Below, piece by piece: positions 8,523-17,399 of a stretch of DNA of 64,000 nt (the first letter of the stretch is position 1; each line of letters begins with the position of its first letter). The stretch is taken from positions 2,359,101-2,423,100 of the forward strand of contig OZ241919.1 of assembly GCA_965203835.1 (NCBI GenBank). The letters are read 5' to 3'. The translations under genes and the position numbers were made by a program. The DNA is from Dehalococcoidia bacterium. Lineage in GTDB: Bacteria > Chloroflexota > Dehalococcoidia > Lucifugimonadales > UBA3495. The notes under the pieces were generated by a model that saw only the letters and a program-made list of their open reading frames with translations, was not told where the DNA came from and did not search any database.

Positions 8523-10562
8523 ATGCCCAGTGTTGATGTACGGAATATCAGAAATGTCGCGCTATTGTCGCATAGCGGCGCCGGCAAAACGTCGCTCTGC
8601 GAGTCGATGTTGTTCAACGTCAAGGCCGTCACCCGCATAGGGCGGGTGGAAGACGGCAACACCTTTTCCGACTATGAGCCGGAAGAGGTGAAGCGGAACA
8701 GCAGCATCCAGACCACACTGGTGCCCTGCGCCGGAGACGGGTTCAAGGTCAACTTCCTGGATACACCAGGCTACGATGACTTTCAGGGCGAGGTTGTCGC
8801 CGCGCTGCGGGTTGTGGAAGGCGCGGTGATCCTGGTGGCTGCTCAGTCGGGAGTGGACGTGGGCACCGAGCGGTCCTGGAAGATGTGTGAACAAGCCGGG
8901 CTGCCCCGGATGTTCCTGGTCAACAAGATGGACCGCGAGAACGCCAGCTTCTCCCGGTGCGTGGCCGACATCCAAGCAACCTTCGGCAACCATTGCGTCC
9001 CTCTGCAAGTCCCGATTGGCGAAGCCCAGGACTTCAAGGGCGTCGTCAGCGTTGTCAACCCTCCCGCCGACCTTCCGGAGGACGCGGCGGCCGAGTTGGC
9101 TGCGGCTTGGGAACGGTTGATAGAGGCCGCCGCGGAGAGTGATGACGTTCTGGCCGACAAGTACCTGGAAGGGGAAGAACTGACTACCGAAGAGGTGATA
9201 GCGGGCGTACGCGCCGGCATCCTGAATGGCGACTTGGCGCCCATTCTGGCAAGCTCGGCCACTGGCAACCTGGGCGTCGACGAATGTCTGGACATGGTGC
9301 GGGAGTTCCTCCCGTCGCCGGTTGACGGGCGGACGCCGCCGGTGGCGGAAGGCGACGATTCCCTGGAACCTGACCCTGAAGGTCCATTGGCGGCCTTCGT
9401 GTTCAAGACCACGGCAGACCCATTCGTGGGCAAGCTTTCGGTCTTCCGGGTATACAGCGGCGCCATCAAGAGCAACTCCGAGGTCTGGAACCCCGTGAGG
9501 CAGCAGTCGGAGCGTATCGGCCAACTGTACCTGCCCAAAGGGAAGGCCCAGGAAAACGTTGCGGAAGTATCCGCTGGAGACATCGGCGCCATCGGCAAGC
9601 TGTCGGAGACGCTGACGGGCGACACCCTTGGCCAGCGCGACCACCAAGTCAAGATAGAGAGCATAGAATTCCCGGTGGGCTTTTACCGCGTGGCGGTTGC
9701 GCCGGCGTCCAAGGCGGACCTGGACAAAATGTCCACCTCTTTGGCCCGCATCGTCGAGGAGGACCCAAGCCTGCGGTATTCCAGGGAGCCCGACACCGGC
9801 GAGTCCTTGATCACTGGCTTGGGCGATGCCCAGATCGACGTGGCAATGGACAAAATACGCCGCAAGTTCGGCGCGGACCTCAAGGTAAGAATGCCGCGCG
9901 TTGCTTACAAGGAGACCATCACCAGGATAACCCAGACCGAGTACCGGCATAAGAAACAGTCCGGCGGCCACGGCCAGTACGGCCATGTCCTTCTCCGCTT
10001 GGAGCCTTTGGAAAGGACCGAGGGATTCCAGTTTGCCAGCGAGGTGGTGGGTGGAAGGGTCCCCAGGGAGTACTTCCCCTCGGTGGAAAAGGGCGTCTCA
10101 AAAGCCATGGACGAGGGTGTGCTGGCGGGGTTCCCGATGGTGGACATGAAAGCGGTGCTGTACGACGGCAGCTTCCACGATGTGGACTCTTCCGGCATGT
10201 CCTTCGAGATCGCTGGCAACCAAGCGATGCGGAAGGGCGTGTCCGACGCCGGGCCGATACTGCTTGAACCGATTATGAAGCTGAGCGTCACGGTGCCCGA
10301 CGCTTACACCGGCGAGGTGATGAGCGACCTGAACGGCAAGCGGGCGCGCATCCTGGGCATGAACCCTGGCGATGGTTACACCGAGATCGAGGCCGAGGTG
10401 CCCCAGGGCGAAGTGCAGCGGTACTCCCAGGACCTGCGTTCGGTGAGCCAAGGCCGTGGTTCCTATACCCTGGAGTTCGACCATTACGAGGCCCTGCCCC
10501 AGAATCTTGAGGGCAGAGTGATAGAAGAGGCCAAACGCGCCCGCGAGGAAGAGCGGGTCTAA
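8523..10562 (+). CDS. Elongation factor G paralog (EF-G2-like translational GTPase)
   Basis: MPSVDVRNIRNVALLSHSGAGKTSLCESMLF has a G1 motif of the GHxGSGKT type, as in Thermus EF-G2. EF-G domains II-V follow. The start is moved from 8220 to the ATG at 8523, which follows GGAGGGGG. Confidence 0.85.
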   Translation: MPSVDVRNIRNVALLSHSGAGKTSLCESMLFNVKAVTRIGRVEDGNTFSDYEPEEVKRNSSIQTTLVPCAGDGFKVNFLDTPGYDDFQGEVVAALRVVEGAVILVAAQSGVDVGTERSWKMCEQAGLPRMFLVNKMDRENASFSRCVADIQATFGNHCVPLQVPIGEAQDFKGVVSVVNPPADLPEDAAAELAAAWERLIEAAAESDDVLADKYLEGEELTTEEVIAGVRAGILNGDLAPILASSATGNLGVDECLDMVREFLPSPVDGRTPPVAEGDDSLEPDPEGPLAAFVFKTTADPFVGKLSVFRVYSGAIKSNSEVWNPVRQQSERIGQLYLPKGKAQENVAEVSAGDIGAIGKLSETLTGDTLGQRDHQVKIESIEFPVGFYRVAVAPASKADLDKMSTSLARIVEEDPSLRYSREPDTGESLITGLGDAQIDVAMDKIRRKFGADLKVRMPRVAYKETITRITQTEYRHKKQSGGHGQYGHVLLRLEPLERTEGFQFASEVVGGRVPREYFPSVEKGVSKAMDEGVLAGFPMVDMKAVLYDGSFHDVDSSGMSFEIAGNQAMRKGVSDAGPILLEPIMKLSVTVPDAYTGEVMSDLNGKRARILGMNPGDGYTEIEAEVPQGEVQRYSQDLRSVSQGRGSYTLEFDHYEALPQNLEGRVIEEAKRAREEERV

Positions 10563-10722
10563 TTAGTTGAGCATGACCTGCCGGGGCTGCACCCAGGCTT
10601 GGGGCGGCCCCGTAGGGCGAACCGGAAACCTCTCCTGAGTCCCTGAAGCCGGACGGCATGGGCAGGATCCAATGCGCCGGCTGGCAAGACCCGAATGGGC
10701 GCTTCCTGATTATGCGTACCGG

Positions 10723-10763
10723 CACCCGTTGGAACAAAGATGCCAACGGGTGTGTTTCGATTT
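10723..10763 (+). terminator. Strong hairpin with T-rich tail between the EF-G paralog and rtcB
   Basis: Perfect 10-bp inverted repeat CACCCGTTGG / CCAACGGGTG with a 10-nt loop, followed by TGTTTCGATTT. Confidence 0.45.
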
Positions 10764-10856
10764 ATCCCTCACTCGGCCCGGGACGGTAAGAACATCGCTC
10801 CAGGCTTGGCGCATTTCAGCCGATCTCCGGAGTCCGAATACCGCAGAGGTATTGCA

Positions 10857-12038
10857 ATGGCGCCAACCATGATTCATCAAAAAGCCCTGAGCTGGATACC
10901 GGGAGACCAGATAGAGGACGCCGCCAAAGAGCAGGTGCGCAATCTGTCGGGGCTTCCTTTTATCTTCAAATACGTAGCGGTGATGCCCGACTGCCACTTT
11001 GGGTTGGGCGCCACCGTCGGGTCCTGCATACCGACCGCAGGCGCCATTATACCGGCCGCCGTCGGCGTTGACATCGGCTGCGGCATGATCGCCGTCAGGA
11101 CGCCCTTCACCAGGGCGGACCTCCCGGAAGACCTGTCGGAGATACGGAAAGCCATAGAGGAGCAGGTCCCGCTGTCGGTCAGCAAGTACAATCACAGGAT
11201 CAAAAAGACCGCCCGCCCCCGGATAGAAGAGCTGGAGAAGAAGGCGGAAGAGACCGACCGGCTGGAGTTTTACGATCGACGGGACAAGAACTGGCGTAAG
11301 CAACTGGGATCGTTGGGTTCCGGCAATCACTTCATCGAATTGACTGTAGATGAGAGAAGCCGGGTCTGGACCTTCCTGCACTCGGGTTCACGGGGAATCG
11401 GCAACAAGATAGCCATGTTCCATATCAATGCCGCCAAGCAGTTGATGAAGAAGTGGTTCATCGACTTGCCGGACCCGGACCTGGCCTACTTGGTCCAGGA
11501 TACGCAGGAGTTCAAGGATTACCTGACCGACCTGAAGTGGGCCCAGGAGTTCGCCCTCCTGAACCGGGCGGAAATGACTGAGAGGATTCTTGGGATACTG
11601 AAATACCGGTTGGGAGACTTTGACGAGGAAGAACGGATTGAGTGTCACCACAATTTCACCCAGTGGGAGAACCACTTCGGGAAGAATATCCTGGTGTCAC
11701 GCAAGGGGGCCATTCAAGCAAGGGAAGGACAGATGGGCCTGATACCCGGTTCGATGGGCACCGCCAGCTACGTGGTGACGGGGAAGGGATGCGAGGCGTC
11801 CTTCTACACAGCGCCCCACGGGGCGGGAAGGAGGATGAGCCGCAACAACGCCAGGAAGCAATTCAGCATGGATGACTTCGACCGGGACATGGCGGGCATC
11901 GAGGTCAGGAGGTCGGAAGCGTTCTTGGACGAGCTTCCCGGCGCGTACAAGGACATCGACTTGGTCATGGAGCAGTCCCGGGACTTGGTGGAAATAGTCC
12001 ACACTTTCCGGCAGATCGTCAACGTCAAGGGTAACTGA
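10857..12038 (+). CDS. rtcB: RNA-splicing ligase RtcB
   Basis: VMPDCHFGLGATVGS, GVDIGCGM, GSGNHFIE, HSGSRGIGN and a C-terminal HHN motif. The start is set at the ATG at 10857. Confidence 0.9.
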   Translation: MAPTMIHQKALSWIPGDQIEDAAKEQVRNLSGLPFIFKYVAVMPDCHFGLGATVGSCIPTAGAIIPAAVGVDIGCGMIAVRTPFTRADLPEDLSEIRKAIEEQVPLSVSKYNHRIKKTARPRIEELEKKAEETDRLEFYDRRDKNWRKQLGSLGSGNHFIELTVDERSRVWTFLHSGSRGIGNKIAMFHINAAKQLMKKWFIDLPDPDLAYLVQDTQEFKDYLTDLKWAQEFALLNRAEMTERILGILKYRLGDFDEEERIECHHNFTQWENHFGKNILVSRKGAIQAREGQMGLIPGSMGTASYVVTGKGCEASFYTAPHGAGRRMSRNNARKQFSMDDFDRDMAGIEVRRSEAFLDELPGAYKDIDLVMEQSRDLVEIVHTFRQIVNVKGN

Positions 12039-12148
12039 CGGTCTGCAATGCTTTATTGGAGCGGCTTGGGCCGTCCGGCGCCTTTTTCATTTTTTCTTTA
12101 TGTTGTGTAATAAACTTTTATCAATCACTACATATTGTGGTTTTTGCC

Positions 12149-12180
12149 TTGACAAGCCACTAACTCAGTAGGGTTTAATA
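12149..12180 (+). promoter_or_regulatory. Putative dnaE promoter in an AT-rich spacer
   Basis: TTGACA at 12149-12154 with a TTTAAT/TTAATA -10-like element 19-20 nt downstream. This is the only AT-rich tract in the neighbourhood. Confidence 0.3.
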
Positions 12181-12199
12181 CCTCTCACCAGAGGTATGT

Positions 12200-15100
12200 A
12201 TGACGACTCCAACTAACGACAACCGATTCACGCACCTTCACATCCACACCGAATACAGCATGTTGGACGGCATCAGCCGTATCCCCCAGTTGGTGGCCCA
12301 AGCCAAGGAGATGGGCATGGACTCCTTGGCCATCACCGACCACGGGTCCATGTACGGCGTGGTGGACTTCTACATGGCCTGCAAAGAGGCGGGCATCAAG
12401 CCCATCATAGGGTGCGAGGTCTACGTCGCAAAGGGCAGCCGGTTCGACAAGAACCCCAACGAGCGCAGCCCTTATCATCTCGTGCTGCTTGCCCGCAACA
12501 ACGAGGGTTATCGCAACCTCATGCAGTTGGTCACCCGTGCTCACGTCGACGGGTTCCATTACCGTCCCCGGATTGACCGCGAGTTGTTGGAGCAGAACAG
12601 CGAAGGTCTCATCGTGCTGTCGGGGTGCGCTTCGGCGGAGGTTCCCCGCCTCATCGTCGAAGGCAACATGGATGAAGCCGCCAGGGTCGCGCAGTGGTAC
12701 AAGGACTTGTTCGGCGACGGGTATTTCTTCGAGTTGCAGCGTCACGAGCACGTGGAACAGCTTCCGGAAATCAACCGGGGGTTGGTTTCCTTGAGCGAGC
12801 AATTGGACATACCCTTGGTGGTTACCAACGACGCCCACTACGTGGAACAAGGCGAGGCGCACCTCCAGGACGTTTACATCTGCATCCAGACCAACACCAC
12901 GGTGCAGGACGAAAAGCGTCTGCACATGGAGGATGACTCTTACTACGTGAAAAGCCCCCAGGAGATGGCGGAGCTTTTCCCGGACTTTCCCGAGGCGTTG
13001 AGCAACACCAACCTTATCGCCGACATGTGCAACGTGGAGCTCAACTTCGACCAGACCCACCTGCCCAAGTTTCCCGTGCCCGGCGACGCCGGCGCCGACG
13101 AATACTTGGCCCAACTGTGCTGGGAAGGTTTCAGGCAACGCTACCCATCGGCGCCGGATGAGGCCGTTAAGCGATTGGAATATGAGCTGGAGGTCATCAA
13201 GTACACCAGCTTCGGCAATTACTTCCTCGTGGTCTGGGACATCGTCAAGTTCGTCCGCAAGAGCGAAATCCTGTACGGCGTGCGGGGCAGCGCGGCGGCC
13301 AGCGTGGCCCTCTACTGTTTGAACATCACCAACGTCGATCCCTTGGAATACCGGCTTGTTTTCGAGCGGTTCCTGAACCTCGAACGCAAGGAAATGCCCG
13401 ACATTGACATGGACTTCCAGGACGACCGCCGGGACGAGGTGCTGCACTACGTTATCGACAAATATGGCAGCGACAAGGTAGCCCAGATCATCACCTTTGG
13501 CACGATGGGAGCCAAGGCTGCGCTTCGGGACGTTGGGCGCGGCTTGGGGATGACCTACAACGAGGTGGACCGGATCGCCCGCATGGTGCCGTTCAAGGCG
13601 CGCACCATCAAGGACGCCCTTAGGATCAACCCGGAGTTCCAGGAGGTCTACGATTCCGACGACGTGGTGCACAAGTTGGTGGACACCGCCGAAGGGCTGG
13701 AAGGCATCGTCCATCACGTCAGCACCCACGCCGCCGGGGTGCTCATCGCGGAGGACCCGTTGGCGGAGACTGTGCCGTTGCAACGTCCGAGCAGGGGCGA
13801 CGAAAGCAGCCCGGTGCTGATGACCCAGTACTCCATGGACCCGGTGGCCAAGCTGGGCCTGCTGAAGATGGACTTCCTGGGTCTTACCAACCTGACCATC
13901 CTGGACCGGGCCGTTAAGCTGGTGGAGAAGAACCAGGGAATCAGGATTGATTTGGACCGGCTCCGGTTGGACGACAAGGCGACTTTCGAGTTGCTTTCCT
14001 CGGGCAACACCACCGACCTGTTCCAACTGGAAAGCGCGGGAATGCGACGGTACATCAAGGAGTTGAAGCCCTCCAATCTGGGCGACATCGCCGCGATGAT
14101 TGCCCTCTACCGTCCGGGGCCGATGGAAAACATCGACTCTTTCATTGACGCGAAGTATGGACGCATTCCCATCACCTATCCTCATCCCAGCTTAAAGGAG
14201 TTGCTGGACGAGACCTACGGCATCATCGTTTACCAGGACCAGGTGCTGCTCATCCTGCAACAGTTCGCCGGATACACCCTGGGCGAAGCCGACATTGTTC
14301 GCAAGGCCATGGGCAAGAAAATCGCCTCTTTGATGGCCGCCGAAAGAGAGCGGTTCGTGGCCGGCGCTCTTGCCAACGGCTATGACTCGGCTATGGCGGG
14401 AACTATCTTCGACCTCATCGAACCCTTCGCCGGGTATGCGTTCAACAAGGCCCACAGCATCAGCTATGCCCTGATTTCTTACTGGACGGCCTATTTCAAG
14501 GCCCACTATCCGCTGGAGTACATGGGTGCGGTGTTGAACTCCCGGATGGACCATCCCGAGAAGATGGTGAGTTCCATCAACGAGTGTTTCCAACTGGGAA
14601 TCCCGGTGTTGCTGCCCGACATCAACAAGTCCGACGAGCATTTCACCATAGACGAGGGCGACGAGGCAGGCCCGGGGCTGCGTGTAGGCTTGGCGGCAGT
14701 AAAGACCGTGGGCGAAAGCGCCGTCCGCCCCCTTCTGGAGGAGCGAGACGCCAACGGGCCGTACAAGTCCATTGACGACTTTTGCCGCAGGGCCAACGGA
14801 GGCGGGCTGAACCGGCGCACCATGGAAAGCTTGGCGAAGGCGGGCGCCTTTGACTCGCTGGCGCCCCGGGGGGCGGTGTTGGGAGCATTGGACCAGATTG
14901 TCGCCCTCGCCCAACTGGAGGCCCGCAACCGCAGTTCGGGTCAATCGAGCCTCTTCTCCGACGCCAATGGCGAGGCCAGTGGTGGGGTCCTTCCAGGCGT
15001 GGACTTGAGCCAGTCCGATGCTTCCTCCGCGCAGAAGGTCTCTTGGGAGCAGGAACTGCTGGGGATTGCTCTTTCGGAGAACCCCCGGAGGCAGTTGGCT

Positions 15101-15886
15101 GCCCTGAATACCGGCGGTGCCTACAACTCGATGGACCAGTTGGAAGACGACATGCAAGGCCAGACGCTGTCCGTTCTGGGCTTCGTGTCTTCGGTTACGG
15201 AGCGGTACACCAGGGAGCAGAAGAAGTTCCTGGTAGTAGCGATGGAGCTGTTGGGTGGCTCGCTGGAGGTGGTGGTCTGGCCCAACGTTCTGGAGCGTAC
15301 CGAGGACAACTGGGTCCAAGGGGCTATATTGAGGGTTACGGGCAGGTTGCAACTCCGCAACGACCAGTTGACCCTGGCTTGTGACGAAGTCCAGCAATAC
15401 CAGGAAGACCGGATGCCTCCCCCAAGCGTCAATGGCAACAGCAAGCCGCACTCCAACGGGAGCAACGGCGTTGCAGATGCAATATCGAATGGAGTTTCGT
15501 ACAACGGGGCGGCTTCCAACGGTCAGGGCAAGAGCGCGGCCTCCAACGGCCACAAGAACGGGACGGCGGCAGCGGAGCAGGTTGCGCCCCCGCAACCGGC
15601 GGTGGAGACGGCCTCCAACGGAGCAGGCCATCGAACCGTGTCGCTGGTGGTGAAGGAGTCAAACAACGCCACGGATGACGCTCACCTCCTCCGGGAAGTG
15701 ATCGGGGTGCTGCTGGAGTATTCCGGCCACGACCGCGTCAACCTGGACATCAACACCGGATCGGGCCGGGTGATCATGGACCTGCCGGTGGTGAACACCA
15801 GCTACTGTGAGGAACTGGACCACCGGCTGACGGCGTTGCTGGGCGCGGAGTCGGTGCGGCTGTCGGTGGAAGCGCACCAGAGCTGA
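12200..15886 (+). CDS. dnaE: DNA polymerase III alpha subunit
   Basis: N-terminal PHP domain (FTHLHIHTEYSMLDG), then polymerase core, HhH, OB fold and a C-terminal tau-binding-like domain. 1228 aa. Confidence 0.95.
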   Translation: MTTPTNDNRFTHLHIHTEYSMLDGISRIPQLVAQAKEMGMDSLAITDHGSMYGVVDFYMACKEAGIKPIIGCEVYVAKGSRFDKNPNERSPYHLVLLARNNEGYRNLMQLVTRAHVDGFHYRPRIDRELLEQNSEGLIVLSGCASAEVPRLIVEGNMDEAARVAQWYKDLFGDGYFFELQRHEHVEQLPEINRGLVSLSEQLDIPLVVTNDAHYVEQGEAHLQDVYICIQTNTTVQDEKRLHMEDDSYYVKSPQEMAELFPDFPEALSNTNLIADMCNVELNFDQTHLPKFPVPGDAGADEYLAQLCWEGFRQRYPSAPDEAVKRLEYELEVIKYTSFGNYFLVVWDIVKFVRKSEILYGVRGSAAASVALYCLNITNVDPLEYRLVFERFLNLERKEMPDIDMDFQDDRRDEVLHYVIDKYGSDKVAQIITFGTMGAKAALRDVGRGLGMTYNEVDRIARMVPFKARTIKDALRINPEFQEVYDSDDVVHKLVDTAEGLEGIVHHVSTHAAGVLIAEDPLAETVPLQRPSRGDESSPVLMTQYSMDPVAKLGLLKMDFLGLTNLTILDRAVKLVEKNQGIRIDLDRLRLDDKATFELLSSGNTTDLFQLESAGMRRYIKELKPSNLGDIAAMIALYRPGPMENIDSFIDAKYGRIPITYPHPSLKELLDETYGIIVYQDQVLLILQQFAGYTLGEADIVRKAMGKKIASLMAAERERFVAGALANGYDSAMAGTIFDLIEPFAGYAFNKAHSISYALISYWTAYFKAHYPLEYMGAVLNSRMDHPEKMVSSINECFQLGIPVLLPDINKSDEHFTIDEGDEAGPGLRVGLAAVKTVGESAVRPLLEERDANGPYKSIDDFCRRANGGGLNRRTMESLAKAGAFDSLAPRGAVLGALDQIVALAQLEARNRSSGQSSLFSDANGEASGGVLPGVDLSQSDASSAQKVSWEQELLGIALSENPRRQLAALNTGGAYNSMDQLEDDMQGQTLSVLGFVSSVTERYTREQKKFLVVAMELLGGSLEVVVWPNVLERTEDNWVQGAILRVTGRLQLRNDQLTLACDEVQQYQEDRMPPPSVNGNSKPHSNGSNGVADAISNGVSYNGAASNGQGKSAASNGHKNGTAAAEQVAPPQPAVETASNGAGHRTVSLVVKESNNATDDAHLLREVIGVLLEYSGHDRVNLDINTGSGRVIMDLPVVNTSYCEELDHRLTALLGAESVRLSVEAHQS

Positions 15887-15893
15887 GGGCAAC

Positions 15894-16766
15894 CTACCCC
15901 AGAAACTCCCGGATTACCTGCGCAAGCTCCGACGGCTTGTGGTAGCCGATGTCGTGGATGGTTTCGGGAATCCAGTGGACCCGGCCGTTCTGCAACGCTT
16001 GGGCTGCCGCCTCCACCATTTGTTCACGCCTGACTGCAAAGTCCGATCCCGCGTTTTGAGGTCTTGGACCTGCGGGCACTATCATGGCCGGGCACACGAT
16101 CTTCGGCAGGATTGAGGCCGGGGGGTGGTCCCACATGGCCCGGATTACTTGGATATGGTTCGTGGGCTTCAGGATGTCCCTTATCTGCCCCTCTTCATCC
16201 TCGTACACCATGGTCTGGACCACCCGCTCCAGGTCGTCGGACCAGCAGTCGGCCAACTGTGTTCGCAACCTGTCCAGGAACTCTTCCCGGGTGCCCGCGA
16301 CGTTGCGCGGCCTGACCCGGTGGGACCACTCCTCCCACGTAGTGTCTCCCGCGGCCTGCCCTCCCAGGAAACCTCCGTCTATCATCACGACCCTGGTGAC
16401 TCGTTCGGGCCGCAGGCCAGCCAAGTGGCTGGCCACGTTCCCTCCCCAGGAGTGGCCCAGGACCGACGCGCGCAGAATGCCCAAATGGTCCATCAGGCCC
16501 GTCACATCGTCCGCAAGGGTCTCCCAGTCGTAACCGCTGTCGGCTTGGGTGGTCTGGCCGTGGCCTCGCTGGTCCGGCGCCACTATCCGGTAGCGGTCTC
16601 GCAGCAGGGGCGCAACGATGTCGTACCAGTGGGCCGATGACGCCAAGCCGTGGAGGGCTACGACGGGTTGGCCGTCGCCTCCCCAGTCCAGGTAGCGCAT
16701 ACGCAATTCGCCCACATCCGCCCAACATTCGGCGGGTCCTTGGGAAGCGGGTTGCGGCGTGGCCAA
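15894..16766 (-). CDS. Alpha/beta-fold hydrolase
   Basis: The HGLASSAHWY oxyanion region and the GHSWGG nucleophile elbow are present. Confidence 0.8.
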   Translation of the reverse strand: MATPQPASQGPAECWADVGELRMRYLDWGGDGQPVVALHGLASSAHWYDIVAPLLRDRYRIVAPDQRGHGQTTQADSGYDWETLADDVTGLMDHLGILRASVLGHSWGGNVASHLAGLRPERVTRVVMIDGGFLGGQAAGDTTWEEWSHRVRPRNVAGTREEFLDRLRTQLADCWSDDLERVVQTMVYEDEEGQIRDILKPTNHIQVIRAMWDHPPASILPKIVCPAMIVPAGPRPQNAGSDFAVRREQMVEAAAQALQNGRVHWIPETIHDIGYHKPSELAQVIREFLG

Positions 16767-16790
16767 TTCAAACCCTCCAATGCAAAGCGG

Positions 16791-17303
16791 TCAATTCCCG
16801 CCCTCAATACTTTCAAACTCCAGCAGCCGAGCCTTCACTCCCAGCCCGCCGGCTCCGTAGCCGCGGAGGTCCCCATTGCTGCCGATTACACGGTGGCAGG
16901 GGATAATCAGGGCAAAGGGGTTCTTGGCCATTGCCTGCCCTGCCGCCCGCGCGGCCAAGGGGCGTCCCGCTTCGGCGGCAAGCCATGCGTAGGTCCGGGT
17001 CTCTCCCGGGGGAATTTGCCGGCAGGCTGTCCAGGCCGCCCCGAAGAAGGGCGGCGCGCCGCTCATATCCAGGGTGATGCTGTCCAACGCGGTGGTGTCT
17101 CCATCGAAGTACCGTTCGAAGCAGTCCCGGACGTCGAGAAAACCCTCCGGTTCTTCCACTGCATCGTCCAGAGCGCGGCCCAAGTCTTCGACCACCTCCT
17201 GAGGGGATGGTTTGAAGCTCAACCTGCGCAATCCCTTGTCCGTACCGACGAGTCCTATCCAACCCATTGGAAACTCAATCAGGCAGTACCGGTCTTCCGA
17301 CAT
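16791..17303 (-). CDS. ogt: Methylated-DNA--protein-cysteine methyltransferase
   Basis: The PCHRV active-site motif (IIPCHRVIGSNGDLRGY) is present and an N-terminal Ada-like domain precedes it. Confidence 0.85.
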   Translation of the reverse strand: MSEDRYCLIEFPMGWIGLVGTDKGLRRLSFKPSPQEVVEDLGRALDDAVEEPEGFLDVRDCFERYFDGDTTALDSITLDMSGAPPFFGAAWTACRQIPPGETRTYAWLAAEAGRPLAARAAGQAMAKNPFALIIPCHRVIGSNGDLRGYGAGGLGVKARLLEFESIEGGN

Positions 17304-17399
17304 GTTTCCCTCTCCAAATGGACTACAAATGGACTACAACGCGGGGGAGAACGCTGAGAAAATAGAGTCCATCCGCTCCCGGATCAATACAGCCGCCCG

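Noticed and set aside
12185-15631. Long minus-strand ORFs (666 aa and 479 aa) antisense to dnaE. Similar cases are 40689..42914 (antisense to clpC), 28642..29910, 8562..9986, 50425..52884 and 61725..62720
   Set aside because: These are shadow ORFs typical of high-GC DNA. Their translations are Arg/Gly/His/Val/Pro-rich and motif-free, whereas the opposite strand encodes unmistakable conserved proteins.
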